From a virus (taxonomy: Duplodnaviria; Caudoviricetes): 35,920 nucleotides of DNA. Position numbers and translations under genes: made by a program. Positions 26,074-33,980 of the stretch are shown piece after piece (the first letter of the stretch is position 1; the number at the start of each line of letters is the position of its first letter). The notes under the pieces are model-generated. The model searched no databases and was not told the DNA's origin. It saw only the letters and a program-made list of their open reading frames with translations. The DNA is taken from IMG/VR virus record IMGVR_UViG_3300027828_000067, positions 1 through 35,920 of that record; one strand, 5' to 3'.

Positions 26074-26968
26074 TTACAACAACGTGTAAAAATAATAGCG
26101 GTTTCGGTGTTTCAATTTGACATTCTACAAGTTTGACCAAAAAGAAAAAGCCACCGCACTTTTGCCTTACAGGCAATTTGGTTTTACATTCCACAATAAA
26201 TCATCTTGTTCAACATTTATTATATATTTTCCGCTTTCATAATCAGGTCTAACATATTTTGCTGCATAATCAAACTTGTCTTTCCTTTCCATCTTATAAA
26301 CTATTCCTTCTGGTTTATCAGTTTTAAATCTATAATCAGAATGCCTATTCAATATTTCTAGTCCAGTTTCTATCGGCAAAGCCCCATATCCGCAAAATAT
26401 TAATCTAGGAGTTTCAAAGTTTTTTAACAAAAGCAAATTAAAATCCTTATAATTTAGGCGTTCATTATTAGCATTGAAATAATCAAAAACAACAAGTGGC
26501 TCATTTAGTATCTCATATTTTAAACTATGTACCTGCATCAACCACTCTCCAGTTATGCGCTCACCTTCACCTATAAAATCAAATCTATCTTTTTGCTTTT
26601 GTACCCATTCAGCAAAATAGTGATGTTGTTTGTATGGGCTTGTTTCTGCTAAATATCCAGATCGTGTCATTGCATGTATTTTACCGTCAAGTTTTGTTAT
26701 TCCAACATTGCTGCCGTCATATTTTTCAGTAACAATCAGGTAATCATGCTTATCTCTAGTTTTAATAGTCATTATTCGGTGTTGCCCTTCATGTACATAT
26801 TTATCAGTTCCACCAAGCTTAGAGCCAAGTAAGTGTGGAATACTACCATAATTTTTTCTATTTAAAGGTTTCATAAAAAATCCCTCCCTTTTTTTCTTTT
26901 TTACATTCGTTCATTTAATCAAATTTTGTAGGTTAATTCCGCTACTATTCTTACACAACACGTTAAAA
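26074..26968 (-). repeat. attC-like site A; arms enclose the RNA ligase gene
   Basis: AAC 26078-80; arm GTGTAAAAATAATAGCGG 26084-26101 vs CCGCTACTATTCTTACAC 26939-56; GTT 26962. Confidence 0.75.
26167..26874 (-). CDS. ATP-dependent RNA ligase family protein (nucleotidyltransferase domain only)
   Basis: Motif I EKYDGSN, III ITGEW, IIIa VVFD, IV EGIVYK, V AAKY; YGSIPHL N-terminus. Confidence 0.85.
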   Translation of the reverse strand: MKPLNRKNYGSIPHLLGSKLGGTDKYVHEGQHRIMTIKTRDKHDYLIVTEKYDGSNVGITKLDGKIHAMTRSGYLAETSPYKQHHYFAEWVQKQKDRFDFIGEGERITGEWLMQVHSLKYEILNEPLVVFDYFNANNERLNYKDFNLLLLKNFETPRLIFCGYGALPIETGLEILNRHSDYRFKTDKPEGIVYKMERKDKFDYAAKYVRPDYESGKYIINVEQDDLLWNVKPNCL

Positions 26969-27160
26969 AAGTGTAGGATATCCTACGGTTTGATTTTGTT
27001 CACTTACTTTATTTTCGTTAACCATTTCCCAAAAGGTTGCTGTACGGTATGTATAGCGAAGTATGTTTATGTGTCCTGCGTTGTATTTAAAGCCTTGCTT
27101 TTTCCAACGTTTAATAATTCGTTGCTTAAATCTATTTTCGCTTAGGTACCAGACTTTCAT
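26963..27160 (-). CDS. hypothetical basic protein, first gene of the cassette array
   Basis: Its TAA stop is the TAA of the TAAC core of site A. Confidence 0.55.
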   Translation of the reverse strand: MKVWYLSENRFKQRIIKRWKKQGFKYNAGHINILRYTYRTATFWEMVNENKVSEQNQTVGYPTLF

Positions 27161-27177
27161 AGTTTATTTGTTTAATC

Positions 27178-27221
27178 CAAAAATAACATATATCAACTCG
27201 TGATAATATGATACTTGTCAT
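27178..27221 (-). promoter_or_regulatory. array promoter TATTTTTG with an upstream palindromic box
   Basis: -7 element 27185-27178; ATGATACTTGTCAT 27208-21; 22-nt spacer. Confidence 0.6.
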
Positions 27222-27228
27222 GTTTTAG

Positions 27229-27792
27229 TTATTTTCTGAAACTTTTTGTAGTATTCATGATGTCATTAATATGTATTGGTTTTGAAGTCCTATCAAAATT
27301 ATCTGATTTGTATCTTTCAGATTCTTGAATTGAATTTTCAGCAGCCGTACTGCATCTTTTATTAAAATGCTCATCAAACCACGTCAATATAATTTGACCG
27401 TCAAGTCTTCCATATATTTGTCCGTACTTTCCAATCTTAGCGTTTTTGAATATGAAATTTATATCAGCTAAATTCAAATTATAATACTCATCAACTATAA
27501 GCATTGCCGTTTCGCTTGTTTGCTCATTTGTCATCTTGTTTCCAATATTAATAAATTCTCTAAGGTTAACGATCCATCCTTCAATGTAAGCCTGAATAAA
27601 ATCTTCTCCGTATGTTTTCTTAATCGTAGCGATTGTTGGCATATCAGACTTAAGCACGGCAGCGATAGAGTCAATTTTCCGGCATTTTTTCATCACTCTT
27701 AACACCGTGAAGTCTGTTGTAAATTGAACGCTTGTAAGCTTCTGTAACCCCTGAATTGGATTCCTCACTAACTGATTTTCTTTTTTGCTCAT
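27229..27792 (-). CDS. replication-associated protein (possible helicase loader)
   Basis: Follows and overlaps the initiator gene; LNLADINFIFKNAKIGKYGQIYGRLDGQ.IL.W. Confidence 0.5.
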   Translation of the reverse strand: MSKKENQLVRNPIQGLQKLTSVQFTTDFTVLRVMKKCRKIDSIAAVLKSDMPTIATIKKTYGEDFIQAYIEGWIVNLREFINIGNKMTNEQTSETAMLIVDEYYNLNLADINFIFKNAKIGKYGQIYGRLDGQIILTWFDEHFNKRCSTAAENSIQESERYKSDNFDRTSKPIHINDIMNTTKSFRK

Positions 27793-28510
27793 TTCTTGAT
27801 TTTATTAAAAGTACTTCAAAATAAGTAACTCCGTCTTTATCCTTTTTCCTTAATTTTTCTGTTGACCTGATTTGCTGCTTCCAGAAATTATCGTTTTTTA
27901 TAAATTCAAACACCTCTCTAAATTCCTCAATAGTTCGATTGTCGTTTTCCATTAATAATCGAATTGGATTAATCCAAGTTTTGAATTTTGCACTGTCTAA
28001 TGTTTTTGTCGAAATATTTAATTCTAATAAATTTGATTTAAACAACTCCATAAAAGAGTTAGCTATTTGATAATATTCTTTATCTCTATGGTCGAGGGTT
28101 GATTCATCAACTTGAGACAATAAGGTTTTATTCTTTTTTTCTTCATTAACATTAGCACTTACACTTACACTTTCATTAACACTATCACTTACATTATCAT
28201 TATCACTATCGGCTTTTTTGGGTTCGTTTGGGTTTCCAATTAACCCACTGGGTTTTTTGGGTCTGCCTCCCTTTTTACCATTCTCACGATTCCTATCAAT
28301 TATATTCTTATACTTCAATAGGTCGCGTTTAAGCGTGTTTCTAATAGTTGTAAATGATACTTTAACCATTCGATCATCTGTTGAAGGATTTAGATCATTT
28401 ACATACCTCCATAAATGCTTAGCTAATCTCCCTGCCTCGTCATCTTCAAGCTCTTCGAAAATATCAATCCAGTCAGCGTATGCTATAAATGATTTCTTAT
28501 TCTCTGCCAT
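27671..28510 (-). CDS. replication initiator (DUF6291-like N-terminus)
   Basis: KKSFIAY.DW...L.D.EAGRL; RNRENGKKGGRP; low-complexity linker; D.FW...I.S..KLR C-domain. Confidence 0.75.
   Translation of the reverse strand: MAENKKSFIAYADWIDIFEELEDDEAGRLAKHLWRYVNDLNPSTDDRMVKVSFTTIRNTLKRDLLKYKNIIDRNRENGKKGGRPKKPSGLIGNPNEPKKADSDNDNVSDSVNESVSVSANVNEEKKNKTLLSQVDESTLDHRDKEYYQIANSFMELFKSNLLELNISTKTLDSAKFKTWINPIRLLMENDNRTIEEFREVFEFIKNDNFWKQQIRSTEKLRKKDKDGVTYFEVLLIKSRNEQKRKSVSEESNSGVTEAYKRSIYNRLHGVKSDEKMPEN
28143..28263. repeat. short tandem repeats inside the initiator gene (candidate origin)
   Basis: Hexamer-period CACTTA/CATTAT/CACTAT run, then TGGGT x4 and one inverted AACCCA. Confidence 0.5.
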
Positions 28511-28512
28511 AG

Positions 28513-28935
28513 CTAACCCTCATTTGTTTTCAGTTCTTTTCCGGTTAATGCGAAGTAAATATTTTGCAGCTGGTGAACATACTCTATTATTGGCATGTTT
28601 TTTCTAACTACCCACCCGCGCTTTCTTTTGTGCACTATTACTCCGCCACGTGCCTTTGTTGACCAAGTGTATTTATCACCCCAATTTTTAAACCCGAACT
28701 TAATCAACCATTCTTCTGTTAGTGGTATAGGGTCAATCTCTTTCAGCTCAACCTCAATAGGTTCAATACCTATTAATATTTCCAAGTCACCACTAACATC
28801 TACTTTTAATATTTCAAAATGCTCGTTATTTATTAATGATGGCCTATCTTCAATGTGGCACGTCTCATTTATTTCACTTGCAGCATCTAATGTGCATTTT
28901 ACTAAATTACCTATTCTTAACTCCCGTACTTTCAT
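28513..28935 (-). CDS. conserved phage hypothetical protein
   Basis: ELRIGNLV...PIPLTEEWLIKFGF...YVHQLQNIYFALTGKEL. Confidence 0.7.
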   Translation of the reverse strand: MKVRELRIGNLVKCTLDAASEINETCHIEDRPSLINNEHFEILKVDVSGDLEILIGIEPIEVELKEIDPIPLTEEWLIKFGFKNWGDKYTWSTKARGGVIVHKRKRGWVVRKNMPIIEYVHQLQNIYFALTGKELKTNEG

Positions 28936-28950
28936 ATCCGTAATTTTAAT

Positions 28951-29064
28951 AAATAAAAAATCCGTAGCTGGCTTCGGGTCTGCACTCCCTCCACCAATTA
29001 CGGATTAAAATATTTTCGCGTTATTCTGTTGTGCAGAACGAATAACTATACAAATGTAGTTATT
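28951..29064 (-). promoter_or_regulatory. promoter TACATTTG inside a palindrome, followed by an attenuator-like leader
   Basis: AATAACTA-N8-TAGTTATT 29041-64; hairpin AATCCGTA...TACGGATT plus U-tract; CTGCAC/GTGCAG alternative pairing. Confidence 0.55.
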
Positions 29065-29075
29065 ATTTTCGAATA

Positions 29076-29492
29076 CTATCCTTCTTTGAGTGAATTATTT
29101 TCGTTGCCAAATTTCTCAAAATAAAATACTACTGGCTTTATTGTCTCCTCAACTAGTCCATATCTTTTTGCTACCTTATATTGAGTATTGACTTCGTTTA
29201 AATGGGTCATAAACCCACTAATTAGTGCCCTGAAGCTTTCTAATGGTAAAGAATGCTTGTTTATATTACAGCTAGGACAGGACGGCATTTGATTGTCAAT
29301 ATTAAGCCTCTCTGGATGCAAATAGGTCCCATCGTATATAAACTTTGATTTAGCTTTATCATACTTCATATTTCTACGAACAGGAAGTAGTTCGTCTACG
29401 TGCCACCCTTTTAATAGTTCAGTGCCACAATAGGCACATTTGCCTCCGTATTTATCGTAGATTATTTGTCTGTTTTTTTTAGAAACTGCCAT
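29076..29492 (-). CDS. HNH endonuclease-like protein
   Basis: CAYCG...WHVD...NQMPSCPSCNINK. Confidence 0.8.
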   Translation of the reverse strand: MAVSKKNRQIIYDKYGGKCAYCGTELLKGWHVDELLPVRRNMKYDKAKSKFIYDGTYLHPERLNIDNQMPSCPSCNINKHSLPLESFRALISGFMTHLNEVNTQYKVAKRYGLVEETIKPVVFYFEKFGNENNSLKEG

Positions 29493-29498
29493 AGTCGT

Positions 29499-30062
29499 CT
29501 ATTTTAAGTAGTTTTTGAGTGAATTATTTATGCTTTTATTGAGTTCATCTAGCATTATTTGCTTTTCGAAGTCGTGATACTTACCTTGCGAGTTGGCGGT
29601 CATTCTAAGCTTTTGCATAAATTCATCACCTTTGTACGATAAAAGCCAATCCATAAATTCGATAGGAGTTTTATGGGCTGAAAAACTTACACCTATATGG
29701 CATCCAACACAAAGGCAAATACCATTTATTGTTTTCCATCTAACTGATTTTTTTGCTCTTGAATAAATATGGTGAGAATTTAGATATTTTGTTTTTCCAC
29801 AATGTTCACATTTATTCCCGGCAATTAATTTAACCAATTTAGACCAAGCGTTATCTAAAGCCTTGTCAATTGATTTAACAGGCTTTTTCTTTTTTGTGGT
29901 AGCCTTGGGCTTTGTCTTCGCTTTTAATCCATTCCTGACTGCCTGTTCGTCTCCTGACAGCTTGTTCTTTAACTCACAGCTAGGACATTGCTTCCTTTTT
30001 ATCGTAGAATTAAAATAATACTTACCCATCCACTTTCCGCACGCACATTGAACTCTTTCCAT
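29499..30062 (-). CDS. NinG/Rap-like HNH nuclease
   Basis: LDNAWSKLVK, CEHCG, HHIYSR...VRW...NGICLCVGCH. Confidence 0.75.
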   Translation of the reverse strand: MERVQCACGKWMGKYYFNSTIKRKQCPSCELKNKLSGDEQAVRNGLKAKTKPKATTKKKKPVKSIDKALDNAWSKLVKLIAGNKCEHCGKTKYLNSHHIYSRAKKSVRWKTINGICLCVGCHIGVSFSAHKTPIEFMDWLLSYKGDEFMQKLRMTANSQGKYHDFEKQIMLDELNKSINNSLKNYLK

Positions 30063-30064
30063 TA

Positions 30065-30478
30065 CTATTCGTCCTTTAAGCTATACAAACTTATGACATC
30101 TTCGTATTTCTCAGCATATACCTTGTCAGTATGAACCAGTGTATTAACAGTTTCCCCCGAATGTATTACAGTTGCATGATTAAATCTGCCAGTATGCCAA
30201 GCGATGTGAGCTAGTGATACTCTTAGATGCTTTCTTGATATAGCCTGAACTAGCTGTCTCACTTCTACTATATCGCGCTCTCTAGTTCTCAGGAGAATTT
30301 TACTTACTGGCATTCCAGTTAATTTAGAGACTCTGGCTAATATCTCCTTGACACCTCCGCGCCTTATTTCATGCTTAGTTAATGGCATTGGGTCTGAATC
30401 CGAATATATTTTTATTAATCCGAATCCATTGGTAGAGCACCATGCGTCTACCTCTTGTTTTGTTAAAGTTGTTTCCAT
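30065..30478 (-). CDS. DnaA C-terminal (domain IV)-like DNA-binding protein
   Basis: RERDIVEVRQ...SLAHIA....FNHATVIHS matches the DnaA domain IV pattern. Confidence 0.7.
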   Translation of the reverse strand: METTLTKQEVDAWCSTNGFGLIKIYSDSDPMPLTKHEIRRGGVKEILARVSKLTGMPVSKILLRTRERDIVEVRQLVQAISRKHLRVSLAHIAWHTGRFNHATVIHSGETVNTLVHTDKVYAEKYEDVISLYSLKDE

Positions 30479-30635
30479 AATAATTGATTTTTAATTCGTC
30501 TCTATAAGTTGTTTCGGCAAACTCCCACGACCTGAGCCGTGGGAGAACCAAAAATCAACTAACCTCAATCTTCGTAGCTTCGAAACTACGAAGTAACTCT
30601 GGAATTACTGGAAGTCCCCCTTCCAAATATTGTAA

Positions 30636-30827
30636 TTATTTAAGTATTTTCGCAATTGAAACAATAGTCTTCCTTTGCTTTTCGTTCTCGTATGGTATCT
30701 CGTACTTAGACTTTTCGCCTATATGATTGCTCATAATGTCAACTTGATAGCTCAATGGAAGTATTTCAGAAAGATAAGTTTCGAATAACTTTCTTTTTCG
30801 CTTGTTTATGGTTATTGGTAGTTTCAT
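30636..30827 (-). CDS. hypothetical protein
   Basis: 63 aa, in operon. Confidence 0.5.
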   Translation of the reverse strand: MKLPITINKRKRKLFETYLSEILPLSYQVDIMSNHIGEKSKYEIPYENEKQRKTIVSIAKILK

Positions 30828-30829
30828 TT

Positions 30830-31039
30830 TTAGTTGAAATAAACCGTTAATTCAACGGTTTCAATCCACCGATCATCTTCAAAATACTGGATTCTGTATT
30901 TATGATCTTCTTTTTTCTTAATAAGCTCTAAGGACTTATCTTTTATCGAATCTTCTTCAGAGTCTAATTCGTGTGATCTGATTATCACCTCTCCTGTTTT
31001 CTTTACTATAAGTCGCCAAGTTTGTTTAATATCACTCAT
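30830..31039 (-). CDS. hypothetical protein
   Basis: 69 aa, in operon. Confidence 0.5.
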   Translation of the reverse strand: MSDIKQTWRLIVKKTGEVIIRSHELDSEEDSIKDKSLELIKKKEDHKYRIQYFEDDRWIETVELTVYFN

Positions 31040-31115
31040 ATCTTTTGTTTTTAAAGTAATCCGAGTCCGGCATGGTGACCGTAACCTCGGATTTAAACAG
31101 AAATCAAATTAATGA

Positions 31116-31367
31116 TTATTTTCTTTTCTCGTTATATATGGTTTTATCTTCGAGTGCTTTTTGAATATCTATTCCGTAATGCTCACAATAAGAAAGCATT
31201 ACTAAAATAACGTCGGCACATTCTGATTCGTCATTTGGCTCATTTTCCCACTCATCAATTTCTTCTCTCAATTTCAATTTAAAATCAAACAGAACAGTTT
31301 TGTCAGTTATCAAACCACGTTTTACGGTGGCTTGATAGTTTCTTTCGATTATTTCGTTTAAAAGCAT
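31116..31367 (-). CDS. MazG-like all-alpha NTP pyrophosphohydrolase
   Basis: KLREEIDE...ECADV...GIDI..AL..K...N..R. Confidence 0.75.
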   Translation of the reverse strand: MLLNEIIERNYQATVKRGLITDKTVLFDFKLKLREEIDEWENEPNDESECADVILVMLSYCEHYGIDIQKALEDKTIYNEKRK

Positions 31368-32392
31368 TAGAATAATTTTTGTTGATTATTTGACTTGTAA
31401 CGTCCTTTAACAGTTTCTAAATTCTTTACAGCTTGTTTGAAATAGCTTTCTTTCAACTCAATTCCTATGGCTTTTCTACCCATTGATACTGGACTGTACA
31501 CTTCAGACCCAACACCCATAAATGGCGTTAATACCACTTCTTTAGGATTTGAATATAATTCAACTAGCCTGTCGATAACATCTAGCTGTAATGGATGTAC
31601 ATGCTTTTCGTCGTCCTCATCTTTGCTTTCTTTATACTTTAAAACTTCATCTATCCTAATATCATCCCACGTACTACTAGCGTATCTTTGCCAAATATAA
31701 TGACTTAATTTATTGCTTTTAGGGTCTTTATGGTCAAAATATTTATTATTCATATGCTGCCACAATTCCTCCTCATTGAATTTAGTCCCCTCTGAATTAT
31801 TAAAAGCCCTTAATATATTTGGAAGAATTGGAGTAGCTCCTGCATAGTCAAATAATCCGTATGGGTGAGTTACTGGTACTTTGTTATCACCTTTCTTTTT
31901 AAATATTAAAACATAATCAGGAGAGGCCGTGAAACAATTAGTAGAATCTTCTACAATAAATTTGTGCATCAGACTCATAACCATTGTACGCATTCTAACC
32001 TTTAATGGTTCTTTCCATATTGTAATACGGTTTTTGTATTGGAACCCGTGTCTCTCATGTATCTTAATAACTTCGTGCGGAAAATCCCAATTACTACCCT
32101 TCTGGTTTATTATTTCCATTACATGAATTGCATTAATTCTACCGGGCTTTGTAACCCTTGCACATTCTGAAACTAAATATTCGTATTGTTGTAAAAATTG
32201 CTCCTTCGAATCACAGTTTGAAAAATCTCTTTCGCTAGAGCTGTAATTATAAAGACCCGCGAATGGTGGAGAATTAACAATTAAATCTACTGACTCACTT
32301 TCTAACGTTGGGAGTACTTCCATTGAATCACCATTGTAAATACTATAGTTTTCCGTGTGCTTTTGGTTGCTAACCGCTAATTTATCTTTCAT
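31367..32392 (-). CDS. N4-C/N6-A DNA methyltransferase (beta class)
   Basis: Catalytic SPPF precedes the SAM motif TPFMGVGS; H.HPLQLDVI. Confidence 0.9.
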   Translation of the reverse strand: MKDKLAVSNQKHTENYSIYNGDSMEVLPTLESESVDLIVNSPPFAGLYNYSSSERDFSNCDSKEQFLQQYEYLVSECARVTKPGRINAIHVMEIINQKGSNWDFPHEVIKIHERHGFQYKNRITIWKEPLKVRMRTMVMSLMHKFIVEDSTNCFTASPDYVLIFKKKGDNKVPVTHPYGLFDYAGATPILPNILRAFNNSEGTKFNEEELWQHMNNKYFDHKDPKSNKLSHYIWQRYASSTWDDIRIDEVLKYKESKDEDDEKHVHPLQLDVIDRLVELYSNPKEVVLTPFMGVGSEVYSPVSMGRKAIGIELKESYFKQAVKNLETVKGRYKSNNQQKLF

Positions 32393-32553
32393 GTACTTTT
32401 TATTATAATAAAATTAAATCACCATTTGAAAACTCAACTATATTTCCAGAAATTGTAAAATCAAAAACTCTGATACCTTTCCTGTAAAATGTAATTTTGT
32501 TTGTTTTTGAATCTTTTTTGATAATTGTCATTTTGTTTGTTTTTAATTATACT

Positions 32554-32598
32554 GTAAATATATTACTACTTAAATTATTAAACTATGACAAAAGTCAG
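32554..32598 (-). promoter_or_regulatory. near-consensus promoter TATATTTA with an upstream palindromic box
   Basis: ATGACAAAAGTCAG 32585-98; 22-nt spacer to the -7 element; leads into a 42-aa ORF (32403-32531) and the methyltransferase. Confidence 0.5.
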
Positions 32599-33965
32599 TT
32601 ATGTATAAATAAAGGTTTTATTATTTCTTGATTAAATTCTCTTTGTTTGATTTGATAATTTGAATTAAGCGTTGTATTTAATTTATTGAATAACTTATTC
32701 GCCTTGTCCATTTTTGCCTCCATGCTATCTATAATTCTTTTCTGTCCATCTGTGTGCACTATGTCGGCTATAACTTTGCTTTCTCTGCCATACCTCCAAA
32801 ACCTTCTTATAGCTTGGTAGTATTGTTCGTAGCTGAATGTTGGGAAGTATGTAGTATGTCCGCAATGTTGCCAATTTAAACCAAATGCTGTCATTTTTGG
32901 TTTCGTTATTAGTTTCTTTATATCACCTTTTGAAAATGATAATATTATTTCCTCCTTTTTATCAATATTCATACTTCCTTTTATTTGGTAGGCTGACTTA
33001 TCTATTTCATTTAACAGGTCGCCCTCGTCATTCCTATTACACCAATAAACGCTAGTATCATGATTATCTGCCAGTTCTACCGCTTTTTCACACCGAATAC
33101 CTACCGTTGCCTTTTCCTCTGCTCTTATCTCCTTAAAACCTTTTGCTACGCTAGCGAACATTTGCATTTGACCAGCAACTGTTAAAGGTTGTTTATTAAT
33201 TACTGTTTGATAATTAGTTACTAATTCTGGTAATACATGAAATTCATCACTAAACCCTAAGTCAGAAGGTTTACGCATTGATATAGACCAACTACTTACC
33301 CATTTAAAGAAATTATCTTCTGCATGTCCTTTCAGCAACCACTTTGTGCCTATATTCTGTGGCTTTATTGTGTCCTCATTATTGGTAAAAAATTTACCTA
33401 ACATGTCAGTATAACCTAAATACCCAAGAGCCTCGCTAGATGTTCCCAATTCTACAAAATCATTAGGTGATGGAGTTGCAGTAAACAAGTAACGATACTT
33501 TACTTTTTTCATAAAGCTAGTTATTAATGCTTTTATGGCACCGTCAAAGTTTTTCAAAATAGAACTTTCATCAAGTATAACACAATCAAAGTCATTAGGA
33601 TTTAAATAATGAAGTCTTTCGTAATTTATAAGTATTATTTTTTTATTATACTTACCATCTTTTGTATGTTGAACATCATCTATACCAAACTTTTCAGACT
33701 CTCTTAAATGCTGGTCTGCAACTGCCAACGGAGTTATTATTAATACTGGCTTATTAGTATGCATAACGTAGTTGTGAGCAATAGTTAATTCAATTAATGT
33801 CTTGCCAGTTCCGGTATCCAAAAAGTTTGCATAACGACCTTTTTTAATAGTTCGCTCAGTAATGTACTTCTGAAAGTCAAACATACTATTAGGCATCCAT
33901 TTTGTATTTATCCCGTAATCAATTTTTGAATGTTGTTTAGTCTTTAAAAAATCTTCGTATTTCAT
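32595..33965 (-). CDS. SNF2-like superfamily 2 helicase/ATPase
   Basis: DTGTGKT, LDESS, TATPSPND, GLNWQ, QAIRRFWRYG. Confidence 0.88.
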   Translation of the reverse strand: MKYEDFLKTKQHSKIDYGINTKWMPNSMFDFQKYITERTIKKGRYANFLDTGTGKTLIELTIAHNYVMHTNKPVLIITPLAVADQHLRESEKFGIDDVQHTKDGKYNKKIILINYERLHYLNPNDFDCVILDESSILKNFDGAIKALITSFMKKVKYRYLFTATPSPNDFVELGTSSEALGYLGYTDMLGKFFTNNEDTIKPQNIGTKWLLKGHAEDNFFKWVSSWSISMRKPSDLGFSDEFHVLPELVTNYQTVINKQPLTVAGQMQMFASVAKGFKEIRAEEKATVGIRCEKAVELADNHDTSVYWCNRNDEGDLLNEIDKSAYQIKGSMNIDKKEEIILSFSKGDIKKLITKPKMTAFGLNWQHCGHTTYFPTFSYEQYYQAIRRFWRYGRESKVIADIVHTDGQKRIIDSMEAKMDKANKLFNKLNTTLNSNYQIKQREFNQEIIKPLFIHN

Positions 33966-33980
33966 TTTGTAAAAATATAT

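Noticed and set aside
26140-26900. A-run/G-rich/T-run motifs flanking the ligase (minus strand GGGAGGGATTTTTT upstream, GCGGTGGCTTTTT downstream) as a second recombination site
   Set aside because: Suggestive, with a similar GGGTGGGGTTTTT near 25350, but too short and degenerate to support without more examples
24477-26968. CRISPR array or IS/MITE interpretation of the repeats
   Set aside because: The repeats are inverted, differ in sequence between units and are irregularly spaced; no transposase, cas gene or external target-site duplication
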